Source: Enoplolaimus lenunculus (taxonomy: Eukaryota). From it: 64,000 bases of DNA. Under the pieces are notes generated by a model, which searched no databases, had not been told where the DNA came from, and saw only the letters and a list, made by a program, of their open reading frames with translations. Of this stretch, positions 1-12,900 are shown piece by piece (position 1 is the first letter of the stretch; each line of letters begins with the position of its first letter). The stretch lies in the NCBI GenBank assembly GCA_030248215.1, contig JASANG010002509.1, forward strand, positions 372,001 through 436,000, in the 5' to 3' direction. A program made the translations under genes and the position numbers.

Positions 1-1516
1 AACGCCAGCGAACACAAACGACAGGATAACCGCTGGTCCTGAAAAATATATTCAATATACAATTTGATGTTGGATCTTGGAGCCAAACCGTTTTTAAACG
101 CAAGACGTCTTAGACACGATTTAAACGTACAGTAAAACAGTCGGACCCATTTATAGAACAGGGCCGGATCGTTTTCCGGAGGGGTTATAATAGAGTCAAT
201 TTAAGCTCTAGACTAATTTTTTTTTGCTTAGGCTTAGGCTTAGGAATAAGCTCATCCATACGCTTAGGCTTAGGGTTCTGTTTAGGAACATGCTTATACT
301 ACTGTTCCGGCCCTGTTCTATACATAGGCCAACAGTCGGAACGAGATGGATCAAAAAAACTAAAACCAAAACGGAAAACCGATATTGAAGTATAAAAGTT
401 ATTAAATGCAGAGGCAAAAAAACAACTGCTGTATGACAATCTCACTATCACTCAATTTACTAGGAATATATATGGCGTATTTTTGAGTTTTTTCACAAAT
501 TAGCTCAAACCTCTGCTATCCCGATCCGCAATTAGAAATAGCTTATGAAAATATTTGAATATACTGGCATATGTTTAATATTTGAACCATATTATTCTTA
601 TGTCTTCTCATATGATTCGACATTTGAGCTTGTAATAAATTAAACATTATCTTACCACTCTAAGATAGAATCTTAAGTATTCGTAGGTACTATTCATATT
701 TATGTAATTCCGTGTTCAACTAGAATTATAGCTAGCGTGGTACAAATACCACTTTTTGTACTGCATGCAATTAATACCACGAAACCAGAATTGTGGGCAC
801 CGGAAAAAATCAACGGAAACCACGGGTTTTTCCGTGCTGTTTTCCGTTTTTTTGCAAGATGGTGGAAAAAACGGAAAAAACTTTTCATTTTATAATCTCG
901 GTAAATAAATCGCAAAACAGCGACAAATCATCGCGGAAACCACGAGCAATTGGTTTTTGCACGCTTGCGTCACCGCGAAGGCTTGTTTACTGGGGAGGAA
1001 TCAGGGACGGATCCAGAAATTCTCTAAAATGAGGAACCGCACAAGATAATACAGTGGAAGTACTCGCGAGCGAAGCGATATGCCAAAGCGTAACCCTAAA
1101 ACTAAATCTGTGTCTAAGAGGCCTAAGCATAACTCTGAACCTAAATCTGCGTCTAAGCCTGTGCCTAAGTTCAAGCTTCTCAGTATAAGCTCAATCTTAA
1201 ATCTAAGCCCAAACGCTAACCTGAAATGTGATGTACTCAAAGAGTATATACAACCCGCAGTTAACTGTAACTTAAACCTGCATTCGCTGAAACTTTTACT
1301 ACCAATCAAATCCTCAGCCCACAAAAACTTACCCGTGATTCTAGCGGCGACCTGACCAGCAAGGACATAAATACCTCCCCCAAACATCGCTCCCATCCCA
1401 AGCAAAACAATATCCGCAGTCGACAGTGATCGACTCAGCGGTGTCGCTAAACTTCCCGGCTCGAAATGTTTTCGTCGAACCAAATTTTGAAACAAAGCTC
1501 CCGAGCATCGAGCCAT
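1..1516 (-). CDS. Cationic amino acid transporter (SLC7A1-4/CAT family), first two coding exons; gene runs off the left edge
   Basis: Exon 1516..1333 (ATG, MARCSG...LSRSLSTADIVLLGMGAMFGGGIYVLAGQVAARIT-G, donor GTAAGT) splices in phase 1 to exon 38..1 (acceptor TTTTCAG, GPAVILSFVFAGV). This rebuilds the CAT TM1-TM2 motif G-x-GIYV..G..A...GPAV..SF. Confidence 0.93.
144..330. mobile_element. Merlin-like MITE carrying TTAGGC repeats
   Basis: TIR tatagaacagggccgga / tccggccctgttctata; perfect 8-bp TSD AACAGTCG (136-143, 331-338); internal gcttaggcttaggcttagg. Confidence 0.8.
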
Positions 1517-2560
1517 ATTTCTGTGTACCGGTTGCGATTGGCGAAACTCTTTAAGTAAACGATAATTTCTATGGTGTACCAATAGCCGGTCGATCCCACA
1601 GTAAAGTTGTCTACCCGCGTTCAAGATTATATTAAGTTTGTTTGTGACTAATATTCAACATTGCTATGTTATACTTTACCGGTATATCGGATCAAGTCAA
1701 CCTAGTAACTGTGTTCACAATCAATTATTAAACTACGAAATACATGGGTTAACAAAAGTTGTACAACCAGGGTTCCAACAGAAACTATGTTTTGCCGGAA
1801 CAGGAACAGGAACACGAATTGAATTTGTTTGCAGAAACAGCAACACGAACAGGAACCGGAATTTGAAACTGTTGGACTTTACACAAAACTTGCCAAAAAT
1901 CGGCTTAAAAAATTTTCCACGCTATTTCATCATCAAGTTTTGCGAAAACACATCAGCAACAATTAAGTAACAAAGTTGATATTTGTACACCACTGACGTC
2001 GTATTTTGTACTATACCGTTACCAGATACGGATGACAGTGGCTGAGACACTCTAAAAAATTTGCGTCTTCTATAAAAGTTTTAACTCCACTTCTAAAAGT
2101 TCTAAAAATCAACCACATGTCCCTCCTAAAATAATTTTCTAGGGCCCTAACACAGACCCGTAACCAGCTCACCTTGCTAGGGGTGGTTGAAAAATTTTCA
2201 GGAAGCGCATTCAAGGGTTTTCAATGCGGTACAAGCAAAGTTGAGAACTTTCTAGGGGGGCCAAAATTTTCCAGGCTGAGCCCCCTCCCACCCCTTGGCT
2301 ACGGGCCCGCCCTAACATGATAAACTGGCTAACGGCAAGCGAACACTAATTTTCACTTAATAATAATTTTTACCAACAGTGTTTTTTCGTCGTAGAACCA
2401 AAGCTTAAACTTAAGCTATATGGACATGGCCCAATCCGTGATCCCACTTCTCAAACTTTTGCTTACTCAAAAGTTTGCTGTGAAATACCCTGCCCAAGAA
2501 ATATTAATGCAATTTGTACAATATGAAATTCAAGATTTTCAGTAATTCCAGGCTGCCGCT

Positions 2561-2700
2561 CAGTGGCGTACCGACAAATTTTTGACTGTGTGGCGCCCGT
2601 ATCCTCAGGCTTGTTGTGCCTTTTTCCGCCCACGTAAGTACTGATTCCGATTGGGGGGGTGGGGCGCAGCCCTCCGGCCCTCTCTCTCGGTACGCCCCTG
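2561..2700. mobile_element. hAT-like MITE (CAGTGGCGTACC type)
   Basis: cagtggcgtaccga...tcggtacgcccctg; imperfect TSD CTGCCGCT/CTACCGCG. Related CAGTGGCGGATCC-type copies occur at ~3249-3520 and ~7432-7748. Confidence 0.7.
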
Positions 2701-5700
2701 CTACCGCGTTTGTTACATATTAGGCAATAGACACAAACAAACAACTGGTTAGATAACGCCAATTCTGTTACAAGAATACAGGTGTTTAAACAACAAAGCG
2801 AAAACATGAACTACTTCAGATAAACAAATATTTTGAATAAAAGCGAATCGCCGAGATTTGTTACTCGAATTGTTTTAAACTCAATTTTGGTTGATCACAC
2901 AGATAAAAGTATACTTTTTAAATTTACCTAAAAACAAAGCTTCATCCTTTTGCCAATACCATTACGCTACGCTGGTTGGCGCAGCTGGCCGGGGAAGGCG
3001 GGGGTGGGAGGGTAGGAAACAAGCCATTTGACTGAAAGCTAAATCTATATATATCGTCATCGCGAGCCGAACAGGCAAATAACTTTTAGCTTTTTTCTTA
3101 GAGTTTCAGATCAAACGAACTGGGTTTTAGTTGTATCGACGCGGTATGCATTCATCAGTTTACAGACAGACAATACGGGGCTCAGTCCACCGTGGAAAAC
3201 TTTTACGGACCTGGCACCCACCCTCAAAAACACTGATATTAGCTGCGGCCAGTGGCGGATCCAAAAATGTTCGACGGAAGGCGGCGGGCTGGCAAATGTT
3301 ATGAAACGCAAAAATTGTAAAGGTAAGGGAAACTTATCATTTTACCACCAAAAAATTTTCTGAGAGCGAAAAATTGTAAAATAGGCACCGCATCATTTTA
3401 TCACGAAAAAATTGTGTTTTTACAAAAAATTTTCTAACGGGACAAATTGTAAGGTTGATACCATACCATTTTAATACCGAAAACAATTCTCACAGGGGGC
3501 GTCTGGATCCGCTAGCGGCCGCTGCAGGGTAGAAAGCTCTCAGAGCCAAGCAAAGTTCCATTTAACTCAAAGGCATGTTTTTGAAGTGCGAATATAAGTG
3601 TTATCATGATAAAACCCAGCATTTTAATCACTTTACCGTAGTCGGTTCCCTGTCATGTTGTTCTTAGCAAAACCCCTGACGGGTAATTTAAATAAAACAC
3701 ATTTTCATGGTATTAAAAGCTTTGTAAACAAACCATCACTCAATACACCGTGTTTCTCTGTATAATAAACTGGATTTCAATAAGGAGGTTAATGAATCAA
3801 TATAAATGTATGACGGAAAATACGTCTAGACTACTTTATCCAACGAATATCAATACTGCTACCGGTCTAACACATACTGTCGCTCAAAAACAGATTTGAA
3901 AGCCTCAACTTCCTTTAAAATAGGTTGCCGGATACAAGATCGGATCCATTTTCAAGTTTAACTGATTTTAAAATTATTAATTTTTTTAGAAAATGTGTTT
4001 TGGTGACAGGAGCGCATGTAAGAAATGACCAATGTTACTTTTAGGGCCGTAACAGTAGATTAAGCGTATTCCTAAACCTAAGTCTAATGCTAAGCTACCT
4101 ACTAGAATGTAAGCCTGCGCTTTTACAGACACACCACAAACCGGGACGGCCGTAAAAGTAACATGGGCTCATATCCCTAATCTAAATTACTAGAGAAATA
4201 TGGAAAAAGGGCTATATCACAGGTTTTAAAATTGCCTGCTAAATCATATTTTTTTAAAAATACTTTTCGAATATGCTACGGTCGCTCCAAAAAACCTTTG
4301 CGTACGTAAGATTACTCGTCTGAAACTCAATCATGGGAAGGTGTCGCTATTTAGTGCTTCTGAGCGGATAATAACAGTAGTGCAACCCGGATTTTTGGAA
4401 TCGAGGCCGACAGTAGCGGACCTAAAAGTTTTCGTGGATGGGGGAGGGAAATTTACACAGGGTGCAATTAGGATGAAATTTGCACGGTAATTCACAATTA
4501 TACTTACATAATAGAGTTACATAGTGATTACTACAGGAAGATATTTTAAAATGAAATCACGTGGAGATGTAATTTTAAAGTAAATTTTATACTGCAAAAA
4601 CCTAAGCATTGTTTAAACATTGGTTTACGAACAATTCAAAAGATTCTTGCCTATAAATTTAGCCATGATTTAGTATATCTATTTATAATATATATCTATA
4701 TGTATGTACGCTATTACGCAACTACAACTCGGTAAATTTTGCGTAGAAAACAATGTACCCAGAGATCGTTGCATTTTTGACATATGATAGCCTTGGGCTA
4801 TGGCATATTTTGTGGCACCGTTGGCAAAATTATTGTGAACGGCGCATAAACAATACAGATACATTATGAATCTGCTAACTTTAAGCACTCTGTTTATTTT
4901 TAAAAGCAAAATTCAGTGTAGATTCAAACTAAAATCGACCCCCATAATAAGGGGAGCAGGGTAAAAACACAATGAATGCTGGTACATTTCGTAAGTACCA
5001 CGCACACCCTGGCTAGTTGCACACGCTCTGGTTTTAACAGTATTTTCGACAGTTGGCTATGAACTAATTTCGCTAAGTTGGTGCCAAAAAGGCACGTACT
5101 TAATCACAACCGTGGCAAGAAAAGACATCAAAACTAAAAATCTCAGCGGTATGAGTTATAAATAACTTAGTTTTATACGCATGATACTAACCATAATATT
5201 CAAATCTGTAATTCGTTTAATTGGATTAGGTGTCGCTTGTCGAACGCTAGTTTTCATTCCAATCAAACATTGCTTACATAGCTATTCAAACGCCCAAGCT
5301 TAACATGCTAGGGGTCTAAAAATTTGTTGGGAGGCATGCAAGAATTTCACAGGCAATAAACTGTCTACAATGTAGTAGGATTAAATTTTAGACCATCTTT
5401 TGCTTGGGTTAGGCTTAAGCTTAACAATAACACTTATATTTTTTACGAGTAAGTTTAAGGAATATGTTCAATCTAGAGTTAACCTAAAAGTAACATTAAC
5501 CGAATTTTTGCTTCTCATGACAACAGATACGTGTTTCTTTAGTTTGTCATTAATAGTACATGTGAAATCCGAAAGTGGACACTGAAATGTTTGGCATACT
5601 GCTACATATTGCGCTAGTCGCCAGCATAAAAAATCAAGCTTAACAAAAATTAATGGACCCACTGAAATTCCCTAAACATAAACTGCCCCCCCCCCCGACA

Positions 5701-5863
5701 AAAGTATAACGAAACCAGTGGCTCAAAAGCTGATCCGAAAGTGGGGTACTCCGGTCAGCGCAGTACAGGCTACACATCCGCACACAAGCGTTTAGGCTTT
5801 CTCAAGTTTAGGTTTAAGTTTAGTAAAAGGCTTACTTAAAAAGCCTAAGCCCTTACTTATGCT

Positions 5864-6257
5864 CAGGGTGTAACCGGATATCTGTTTCCGTTTCCGGTAA
5901 AAATCGGCCTCCGTTTCCGTTTGTGTTATAGAAACAACGGAAATTCTGTTATTTTTCACGCTCATAATTAGTTACAAATTATGTATTAAATATCTGGCAA
6001 TTTTTCGTTGCAGAGATGCTGTAATTTTTCGAAATAAAATAAAAATTACGAAACTAACCCAAAATCTTAAAAATTTCGATGCATCCGCCAATTTTGGTCT
6101 TAAAAACTTTAGAAAGCCCCGTGAATATTTGCACACTTCAGTTGTGATGGCGGAAATCTACGAAATTTTTCTACTTCAATATCCGTTTTCCGTTTCGATT
6201 ATTTTGATCACTATCCGCTTCCATTTACGTTATATTTACTATCCCTTATACACCCTG
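5864..6257. mobile_element. hAT-like MITE nested in a TTAGGC-type repeat
   Basis: cagggtgta...tacaccctg; imperfect TSD CTTATGCT/CTTAAGCC. Confidence 0.72.
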
Positions 6258-6491
6258 CTTAAGCCTATCCCTGAACGAGCCTAAGCACGGGTGAAGCCTA
6301 CAAGAGCTTGTAAAATATACTGTAAGATACGATGCGAATGAAACGATCGAGAAATCAAATATATAAAATTCCCCAATTTATTTTCAATTTAAATGTACAC
6401 GGACTCGTTTTGAATATCTGGAGGCCTTCCATCGTCGCCCCGCCCCTGACCAAAACTGTTCAGACCCGATACTAAATACAATAGTCATGGT

Positions 6492-6887
6492 CAGGGTGCA
6501 ACCGGATTTACAAATTACCGGAACCGGAATTTGAAAATTTTACCCGAACCGGAAACTGAAAACTGCATTTCACCAAAAATTTCATTTTAATCGAATTTTT
6601 TGCTCTGTTATTTGTGAAGCAACCTTAGTCGAACATAGGTATTTTATTTGTTGTATTTCAGATTTTCGTCATCGAATTTCAGATTTTCGTCATCGACTGA
6701 AGTGAAATCCACCATCAATGGCTTATATTCAGAGTACAAGTGGCTTTCAAAAGAGATTCTTAAAAATTAGCAAAGTTAAGAAAACGGCCAAATTATAACA
6801 CCGGAATTTTTAAATCCGGTCAAAATTTACCGGAACCGGAACCGGAAGGTGAAAAAATTCCGGAACCGGAATTCCTGTTGCACCCTG
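6492..6887. mobile_element. hAT-like MITE (CAGGGTGCAACCGG termini)
   Basis: TIR cagggtgcaac / gttgcaccctg; perfect 8-bp TSD GTCATGGT; subterminal (ACCGGA)n. Confidence 0.9.
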
Positions 6888-8378
6888 GTCATGGTATATA
6901 TATACAAAAATTCTGTCACACACATCATGCTATAAAAATATACACAAACATAGGAATTCATGAAACTGTTTACACAACGGAACACTGGTTCAATTGAAAT
7001 TATAGAGAAAAAAACGCTGAATAAAAATTACCAATTTTTAAATTCGAACTGGTATAGAGACACACACAATGAAAACTAAATCTTTAAACAGAATTCGAAA
7101 TTATTCTATAAAGTGGCATATTTATTATTTAGCAAATAATGTTCAAAATGAAAGCCCACCACCCAAAAAACAGCTTTGTTGTAAGCGTTAACATTTCAAC
7201 GATAGCATACGGCGATTGGTAAACAATATTTCAGTATGTGACAGTGAACGTAGAATATAAATTCTGGGACTACAACACGCGAAGGGGAGGGGGGAACAAG
7301 CGAGAAATAGACGCTGTCCGACCAACAGCAACATCGCCGCTTCCCTTGGACGAAAAAGTTTCCGACATAATTTTAATATTTCAAGGTATTAAAGGAAAAT
7401 GTTTCTTGATCACATTGTTAAAATCTACATGCAGAAATGGATCCAGGAATTGCTGACGGAGGCGCGGCGAGGTGGTAATTGTTATGAAACGCAAAAATTG
7501 TAAGGTAGGAACCTTATCATTTTATCACCAAAAATTTTGTATCACCAAAAGATTTTCTGATGGGGAAAATTGTAAGGTAAAGTTTACCTTATCATTGTTT
7601 ATAGCGAAAAAACTTCTGAGGGTAAAATTAGGGACGTTATCCTTTTTCAAAACATTTTCTGAGGGACAAATTACCATTGTATCATAAAAAACTTTGTGTT
7701 GGGGGGCATACGTCCCTTCTCCCCAACCCGCTCTGGATCCGCTAGTGCCCACGTGCTCCTGTTATATATAGCAAAACGCCAGGGTACAACGGCCTCATTC
7801 TCTGGCTGTAAATTGACGTAGTTCAGATTTCCGTGTTTTTACAAAAGCTATGGTTTTCATCAGATTTGTTGAAACTCTACTACAGCTTTTACAGTGAAAT
7901 TGTTTCCTAGATTGGTCAAAAATGGAGCTAAGACCTAATTTTTGGCATGACTTTGCAGATACGATATTGGCATACGAATTAAATAGTACTAAAAATAATA
8001 AACCAGAATAGAAAGCTCTAATACACTCTCAGACAAGTCGCATACTTTAAAGCTTTGCTTAAATCCAGAAAAAAGGACATGGCGATAGATGGGCACCGCA
8101 TATCCTTCCGGAAATGAAAAATATCGGGATATGTATGCGAACTGAGACATCTGGTTATCTGAAATGCTATTGTGTAAAAAATCTGAAATAAGTTGTATTG
8201 CTCCATCAATAAAGTAGCTGGAGATAAAACATTCTGTATTCACACCTTACACTTATACTCAAATTACAATTTATCTTGCTGTAATGTAATAATTTTCAAT
8301 TTCACGAATATAAAGCACGCTTTGAGGAACTAACTGGCCGCTCGGAGTCACGCTTGGCTCAATAATAGTATCATTGTA

Positions 8379-8727
8379 CGCTAAAATTCGACTCATTTTT
8401 TGACTCAGCAAAACTGAACTCAATCAGCAGTAACTCAGCATGAGTAAGTTGTCTTGCGACATTTTAGAGTGTTAAGATCGAACGGGTTTCAATCTGAGTC
8501 ATTTTTGACTCAGTTATATTCACAATTTAACACAGGTTTGACTCAGTATTTCAAATTTGACTCAGTTATATTTCATATTTGAATCAGCATTGACTCAGTT
8601 ATATTTTAATTTTGACTCAATTTAACGAGTCACTTTGACTCACGCTGAGACAGGCTTTTTCTAGGTCCACCTCTGAGTCAATTTTGACTTAGTGTGAGTG
8701 AAATTGGACTCAGCATTTTTTAGAGTG
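8379..8727. mobile_element. CAC..GTG-type MITE rich in TGACTCA repeats
   Basis: TA flanks, tttttagagtg end, and more than 10 TGACTC/GAGTCA units. Confidence 0.72.
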
Positions 8728-8729
8728 TA

Positions 8730-9045
8730 GCGTAGGCTTAACTTAGTTTAGGCTTAGTATTTTAGGCTTGATCTTACACTTAGCTTAGGCTTAAATTTAG
8801 AATTAGGCTTATGTTTTGGTTTAGACCTAGGAATTAGACTTAGCCTTATTAAACTGGCAGACAGAGATAATGCGACAATGGTACACTGGAAATCTGGCCA
8901 CTGGGGCACTGGACACTCGGAGACTGGGCACTCGGACACTGGGAGAGTGAGACATTGGGAGGCTGGAAGAAAGTGCACCGGGAGATTGGGGAACTGGGAC
9001 ACTATGGGAGAGTGGGCACTGGGAGACTGGGCTGGGACACTCAGT
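8730..9045. repeat. Degenerate TTAGGC tract (8730-8845) followed by an ~8-nt (CACTGGGA-like) tandem repeat (8885-9045)
   Basis: Visible periodicity; probably the interior of a non-autonomous element. Confidence 0.75.
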
Positions 9046-9936
9046 ATTGCGGTTATAAACAATGTGTAAACGGAAAAGCTTGCGTAACAATGAATGTCGC
9101 GTTTACAAAAATGCACGCTTGTTAATTTATTTTACAGTAAGTCAGATAAAAACAATAACGCATTGTCTAACTACATTCATGTCGACAAGTCGCTACCAAA
9201 TAGCGAACACCATGGCTGCAATTCGTTAGCCCAATATGCATTAATAAAAACCAGGGTGCAACCGAATGACAAAACACCGAAGTTGGAGATCAACAAATGC
9301 TACGGAATATTGACGCGAGGTAAAATTACGTAATATAAATGGTGTTGTTACCAAAACATTGCTTTAACCACACACCGAATGTACTCTGGTAGAAACCACA
9401 AATACGATACAAACAAATAACGTTCTTTATTTACGCTTGCTAAATTAGCACTTAATAATACGTATATATTCAACAGATTATTAATCAATTTTATTGTCGA
9501 AAGGCTGAAACAACAATTTCTATTTTCTTAAAACTCAAGTTAATCTGGAAATAAAATGATAAATTCGCAATACTCCCGTTTTAAAATTTTTACTTTCCGT
9601 AAAGATTTTTCGCTTTTCGTGTCAGTCAAAAAATGCAAAATGCCAATGATATACCTATAGTTTATACAATAATTTGGATTAGCGATATTCAGTGACTTTC
9701 ACATCAAGGCCACAATGTAATCGTAGTGTTTAACAAATTATTGCAAGAAACACGGGAGCCTGCTTATCCATATAACAGCCGTTACCAAAACCATGGCAAT
9801 GAACAAGTTACTACATTTTCAGTGAAAATAAGTCAGCAATAAAACATAACCGTAAATGGTGTAACTATGTAGCAATGGATACAGCTAATGACAAAATACA
9901 TTAAACTTATTGCCGTAGAGGTACATATTGTTATCA

Positions 9937-12900
9937 TTAGAATCGCGCGTTTTGGTTCAGAGCGCTTTTCTGTTCACCAACGCAGCTGCGTTTCATTAGC
10001 GCGTCTTTGCCATGGACATCATACTGGAAATTCGTAAAAGTATAATGCTGGGTTCACGTTATAACTGGGGCAACCTGAAATACGTTTTGTCCTATTACAA
10101 TAACGGGTAACATTTATTGTGCCCGTCAATCCGCTATCAAATTCAAAAAATTTGAATTGTCCGCTATCCTGATGTGACATTCAGTGTTTGTACTGCAATA
10201 TCATATGATATTCGAAATATTGTCCGTCAATCATATGACATTGACATGCTTGAAAATGTCTGCAAAGTTGTGGTAAACTAGCCTGAATGTCCTGAAGTTC
10301 GAATTATTTGCACTTAGGAGTATATTTAGGCAAAATTACCGCCAGAAACAGAATGAAAATAGCAGCTAATCCAATTTTCGAAAGCACTTAAAACTACATT
10401 ATCTGACTTTTCATTATATTATTATTGGGCAAAAATTACATTGGCCTGCATCATATCCTGTGATATTCGGTAGAATTCCGGAATATCATATTATTATATT
10501 TGCATAAATGTCCCGTGGTATCATGTGACATATGGCTATTTGTATACGACGATTACTGGGTATCAGGAATTTGTGTGCGAATATTATTTGAAATTCATGT
10601 GAGATCTGCATAACTGCTATTCAGATAACAACAGAGGTCATTCGTGGCTGTCTCTCATAAATGTTTAAAACAAATGTCGACTCGTGAAACTGTGATATTC
10701 TGTCTAGAGAACAAGAACATGTCAGCAGTAAATTTCAATTCAAGTAGTACATTGTTGCCATACAGCTTGCTTAGTAACATTTTTGCCTCCTCTACCGATC
10801 CTAGCATAGCGTAAAGCTCGTTTTCCAATGCTTCACGCTGTGCGTGTACATATGCGAAGCAAGGTGCAACCGGAATTCCGATTACGGCATTTTTTCACCT
10901 TCCGGTTCCGGTAAATTGTAATTCCGGTTACATCCTGATGCGAAGTGATTTTTCTTAAGACATCAATGATATATAATATAAATTGACACTTACCACAAAT
11001 TCCGCTTAGGTTGGCTGAACAGATGCAATCGACCCAGGTGGACAAGAAAGTGGTTGGATGCAAATCGGAGGCACCTGTGCTATATCTTGAAACGCCAAGC
11101 GTTTTACGGCAACCATTTTCGCCGGCTAAAAGTAATACTAAATATTTTTTCCGCGAAATCTCAAATGAAGATTATGTAGGCTTACAAAACATAATTAACA
11201 AAGATAGATACTTGTAGTGAACAAGAGCTAGCAAGTGCAAGATATAAATTAGGTGTACGATGACGATGCATGAAAACTTTGCATAAAAAGTTGGCCAATT
11301 GTTAGTGAAGCTCGAAGTTTTTTTGATGTTTTTGTTTTTAAAATACACATTTTGTCCAGATCTAAAAAATGCAAGCACCCTATAACACAAACCCATCAAA
11401 CAGCGTTTAGCCCCTACGAAAATGTCTACAATGAAGTCGAATCAAACTTGACCAAGGTAGAACCTTTTAGATGTAACTGTGAGTAAAATGAAACCAAGAC
11501 GTCACTACTTAATTTGCCTTACAGACAACTGATTGTTGACATGTCTTTTGTTTCCGGGTCCACAACTTTGTGTTCCCAGCGGTGGCTTCGAATTTGACGG
11601 TGGCGGATGTAAGAGTGGACGACCAGTTGGAAGACGTGGCGAGTTAGCAACCGAAGATGCAGCAACAAAAGTAGCGGCAGCGCTTACTGCTAGACTGGAA
11701 TGGATGTATCGCACGGATTGCAACCGCGAACGGCTAGCGTTCTTCTGCAACAAAAACGAAATCCAATTCCTGTGCTTACATGTTTTGGTATCCGGTCCCA
11801 CCCTGATCATTTCCTATACGACATAATAAAAACTTCCAATTTAATATACTGCGAAACTACGATAACAGAATTTATTATGACAATATCTTTAGGTTAAATG
11901 TCAAACCATCAACACAAAGATATACCTTCGACAGTGGCGTCTTTACCGGAGATCGACCACGCATTTTGGGAGATGCTGGGGCTGAGCCATAAATTTGTTC
12001 AATTTCAGCCCGTTCTTTTTTCTTTCGCAACTAAAATAATCATTATCATTATTTTATGTAATATTGCAGTCAACGTTAAGATATAAAAGAAAAACGTATT
12101 TTTTGTTAAAATCAGTTTCAAAACCGCTTTCGTTATGAGTTGAGTTTAAATGTTTGACAAAAACGTCGAAAATCAATCTTATTTCTATGTCACTAAGCAC
12201 ATCCAATGATGTTACTTTTTCTTCTCGTTCCTGCTTCTTCAACGTTTCCCATTGTTCTTTTTGATAATGAATGTAATCACAGACGTACATGTCGTACACA
12301 CGTACGGATTCTCCATTGTGCTCTGCACGATAACGATCCACTAGTTCTTCCAACTTGCTTTCACACTAAACACCTATTTTTCGACACATAAAAATAGTCA
12401 AGAAACACATACCTTTAACATCCTATACTTTCTAAAATCACAACTTGATGCATATTTTGATTTGCTGTTTGTGTTATCTTTTCGGAATATGGACCTATAG
12501 CAATCGGTATTATGCTAGCCATGTGTTACAAGCGGTTGTAATTGAAAGGATATTGTAAAATACCGATCTCACAATTGTATATTAAACAGCTGGAAGTTGG
12601 AAAGTAGTATCGTGCTTGAGTAAGTTTAAATCTCCTGATTGTGATTTTTACAAATAAATTTGAACAAAACGCGTGCATGAACCGATTTTGCAACAATTGT
12701 AAATTTTTCGATGTCTTACAAAATCCTGGAAAATTACATAACTCTATTTAAAAGTGTCGTCCAGGGTGCAAAGCGGAACTGAAGTAAACAGGTTGGCTGG
12801 CAACAATTTTCAAAAACGCCGAATGTGGAGAACTTTTTTTATTCATAAAGCTAAACTACAATCAATTGTTAATGTTTTCTCATCGAAAACAATTTAATAG

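Noticed and set aside
1080..1290. ORFs rich in PK/LSL/LGL repeats here and at other TTAGGC tracts
   Set aside because: Translations of degenerate hexamer repeats inside introns. They are not genes and not true telomeres, being short, internal and degenerate.
12413..12514. Open 102-nt segment with a strong AAG|GTATGT donor in a PRC1 intron
   Set aside because: The flanking exons align to PRC1 contiguously without it, and inclusion would break a spectrin-domain helix. The acceptor is weak.
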